NCBI RefSeq assembly: GCF_902713615.1
Contig: NW_024055490.1
Location: 62,001 to 126,000, forward strand
DNA: 64,000 nucleotides
Direction of reading: 5' to 3'
Source: Scyliorhinus canicula
Taxonomy: Eukaryota
Both the position numbers and the translations under genes were made by a program. Shown in pieces: positions 61,717 through 64,000 of this stretch (positions are counted from its first letter, which is position 1; each line of letters starts with the position of its first letter). Below the pieces are notes generated by a model. It worked only from the letters and a program-made list of their open reading frames with translations. It was not told where the DNA came from and did not search any database.

Positions 61717-63967
61717 TTTAATGGTTTTTTTAAATGACAAAGAGGATAATAGTGCAAGGCAAAACTGGGTGACAATGAGACAAGTAAGTAAACTAATAGA
61801 ACAAGTGAAGAAATAAAAGACAGGTCCGGGGGGGTATAAATGGCAGAACCATTACCTACGTCTAAAAATCCCTTTTCTCCGGAAAAGGGAATAAACAATG
61901 GCCTGATCCTTTAAGATTATGAAAAGGTTTGATATGATAGAAAAGTGGAAGATGTTTCCACTGGATGAGAATAAATATGAGTTAGTCATTAATTAATCTA
62001 ATGTGCAGTTCAGAGGGAGATCACTCACACACTTCACATGTGCAAAGGGATTTCCTCAGTTTTCCCACTGGTTAACACTCCAACTTTAAAAGCTCAAACT
62101 AGGGGCAGCACGGTGGCCTAGTGGTTAGCACAACCGCCCCTCATGGCGCTGAGGTCCCAGGTTCGATCCCGGCTCTGGGTCACTGTCCGTGTGGAGTTTG
62201 CACGTTCTCCCTGTGTCTGCATGGGTTTCGCCCCCACAACCCAAAAATGTGCAGAGTAGGTGGATTGGCCACGCTAAATTGCCTCTTAATTGGAAAAAAT
62301 AATTGGCTAATCTAAATTTTTTTTAAAAAGCTCAAACTATTTGATCCAATTTCAGCACATTGTTATTGACGAGGGGCAATTTAACTGTTGGGTCTATGGG
62401 GACAAAAATCATTTGTTCACCCAACCTGTTGAGACCCCAATGAGTTCACATCTCACTGTCGTCACTGTTGTCAATCACACCCAGGACAGAACTGGGCCCT
62501 GTACTATTTAGGTGCTGTTTAATTGATTTAATACATTTGTTACATTGGTCCAATATTACCAGTCATAATCGGTTCACAAAGCATGATTTATATCAACAAT
62601 ATAGATTTCAATGGCGGGTTAATCACCCAACATGCACTGCAGCTGAGAATGTGCGCAATCCGCATGACACAATTTTGCACATGCACAGAGTCCGGCTGTG
62701 ACTGGAGCAGACTCAAGTCTGGACCAACCCTGCGAAAGAACAATCCCCACTCAGGTCCACCCCATCCCACCCAATGTGCACATCCTTCGAGACGAAGGGC
62801 AATTTAGCATGGCCGATCCACCTAACCTGGACATCTTTGAACTGTGTGAGGAAATCGGAGGAAACTCACACAGTCACAGGGAAAATGTGCAGTCTCCGCA
62901 CTGTCACCCATTTGCAACAGTGACCCCCTTGTTCCAGATTCTCCCACAAGAGGAAACATCCTCTCCACATGCACCCTGTCAAAACCCCTCAGGATCTTGT
63001 ATAGTTCAACCCAGGTTTTACCCAAAACTTTAAGTCTGTGTCCCGACTGCTTGTACGATCAGTGAATGGAAACAGAGTTTCTTTGTCCACCTGATGGAAA
63101 TCTGGCATAATCTTGTGGACCTGAATCAAATCTCCCCTCAACCTCCTTTGCTGGATCTAGTCTGGTAAATCTCCTCTGCACCTCCTCCGTGAACCTTTAC
63201 ACCCTTCCTGAAGAGTGGTGACCAGAGCTTCAGAAAGATTCATAGAATTGAATTAGAACCACAGAATTCCTACAGTGCAGAAGGAGGCCATTTGGCCCAT
63301 CAAGTCTGCACTGATTCTCTGAAAGGGCACCCTGCCTGGGTCCACACCCCTGTCCCTGTAACCCGATAGCTCCACCTAACCTGCACATCCCTGGACACTA
63401 AGGGGCAATTTATCAAGGCCAATCCACCTAATTTGCTCTGCTTTAGATTGTGGGAGGAAACCCACGCAGACACGGGGAGAAAGTGCAAACTCCAGACAGT
63501 CACCAAGGCTGGAATTGAACCCGGGTCCCTGACGCTGCGAGGCAGCAGTGCTAACCACTGTGCCACCAGAAGCATAGCTTTGGTGTCAATATTACTGTTT
63601 ATGAAGCCCAAACTCGAATTTGCTTTGCCAACTACTCTTAATATGTCTTGTAGATACACAAAATCCCTCTTCACCTCTTTCTCTCTCCTCCCAAAGAGTC
63701 CAGTTGGATTTTTATGACAATCCAGCTGTTTTCATGGTCACTTTTTCCCAGTGCCAGCCCCACAAATGACCAGATTCATTCAGCTCAATTTCACAATCTG
63801 CCTTTGTGTTTTTGTGGGTTCTCTCTCATTCCCTATTTTGTGTTTTGAATCCGTTTCACAGGGTGTTTGAAGGGGAGGCTTCAAAGTCCGGAAACTCAAA
63901 CCAAACATCACATCAGGATCTGACAGTCCTCAATTTATTGTATCTTGAATATCAGCGGATTTTGAAC

Positions 63968-64000
63968 ATGGAAGGAAAAAGCATCGTTCACAGTGAGGAG
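63968..64000 (+). CDS. Start of a ZNF-A paralog (runs off the window)
   Basis: atggaaggaaaaagcatcgttcacagtgaggag = [11 protein letters not shown]; about 1.2 kb upstream aligns with 24440-25860. Confidence 0.7.
   Translation, partial: MEGKSIVHSEE

Overview
Vertebrate genomic DNA from a cartilaginous fish (shark-type SINEs/LINEs and IgM sequence). 1-19.1 kb is the 3' part of one immunoglobulin heavy-chain cluster: at least 10.4 kb of J-C intron (no V, D or J segment in the window), then an intact IgM constant region (Cmu1-Cmu4, secretory tailpiece, TM1/TM2, separate poly(A) signals). The distal J-C intron is highly structured: about 5 kb of nearly G-free CTCACT minisatellites, an abrupt switch to a G-rich 20-bp GAGCC/GGGGG repeat, then an AGCT-dense 29-bp array apparently amplified from a SINE head, then a perfect octamer. 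A PU.1/IRF composite site plus a 52-bp PU-box array lies between the secretory and TM exons. From 19.4 kb onward is a duplicated cluster of KRAB-less C2H2 zinc-finger genes: two intact 12-finger ORFs, the start of a third at the window end, and several relics. Four copies of an NRF1/YY1 CpG promoter-like cassette are spread through it. The window is dense with V-SINE-type SINEs and CR1, L1/Tx1, Rex/Babar and Penelope fragments, including palindromic Penelope termini with hammerhead-like cores inserted independently into two paralogous promoters. Regulatory and switch-region interpretations are hypotheses from motif reading only. Repeat boundaries are approximate.
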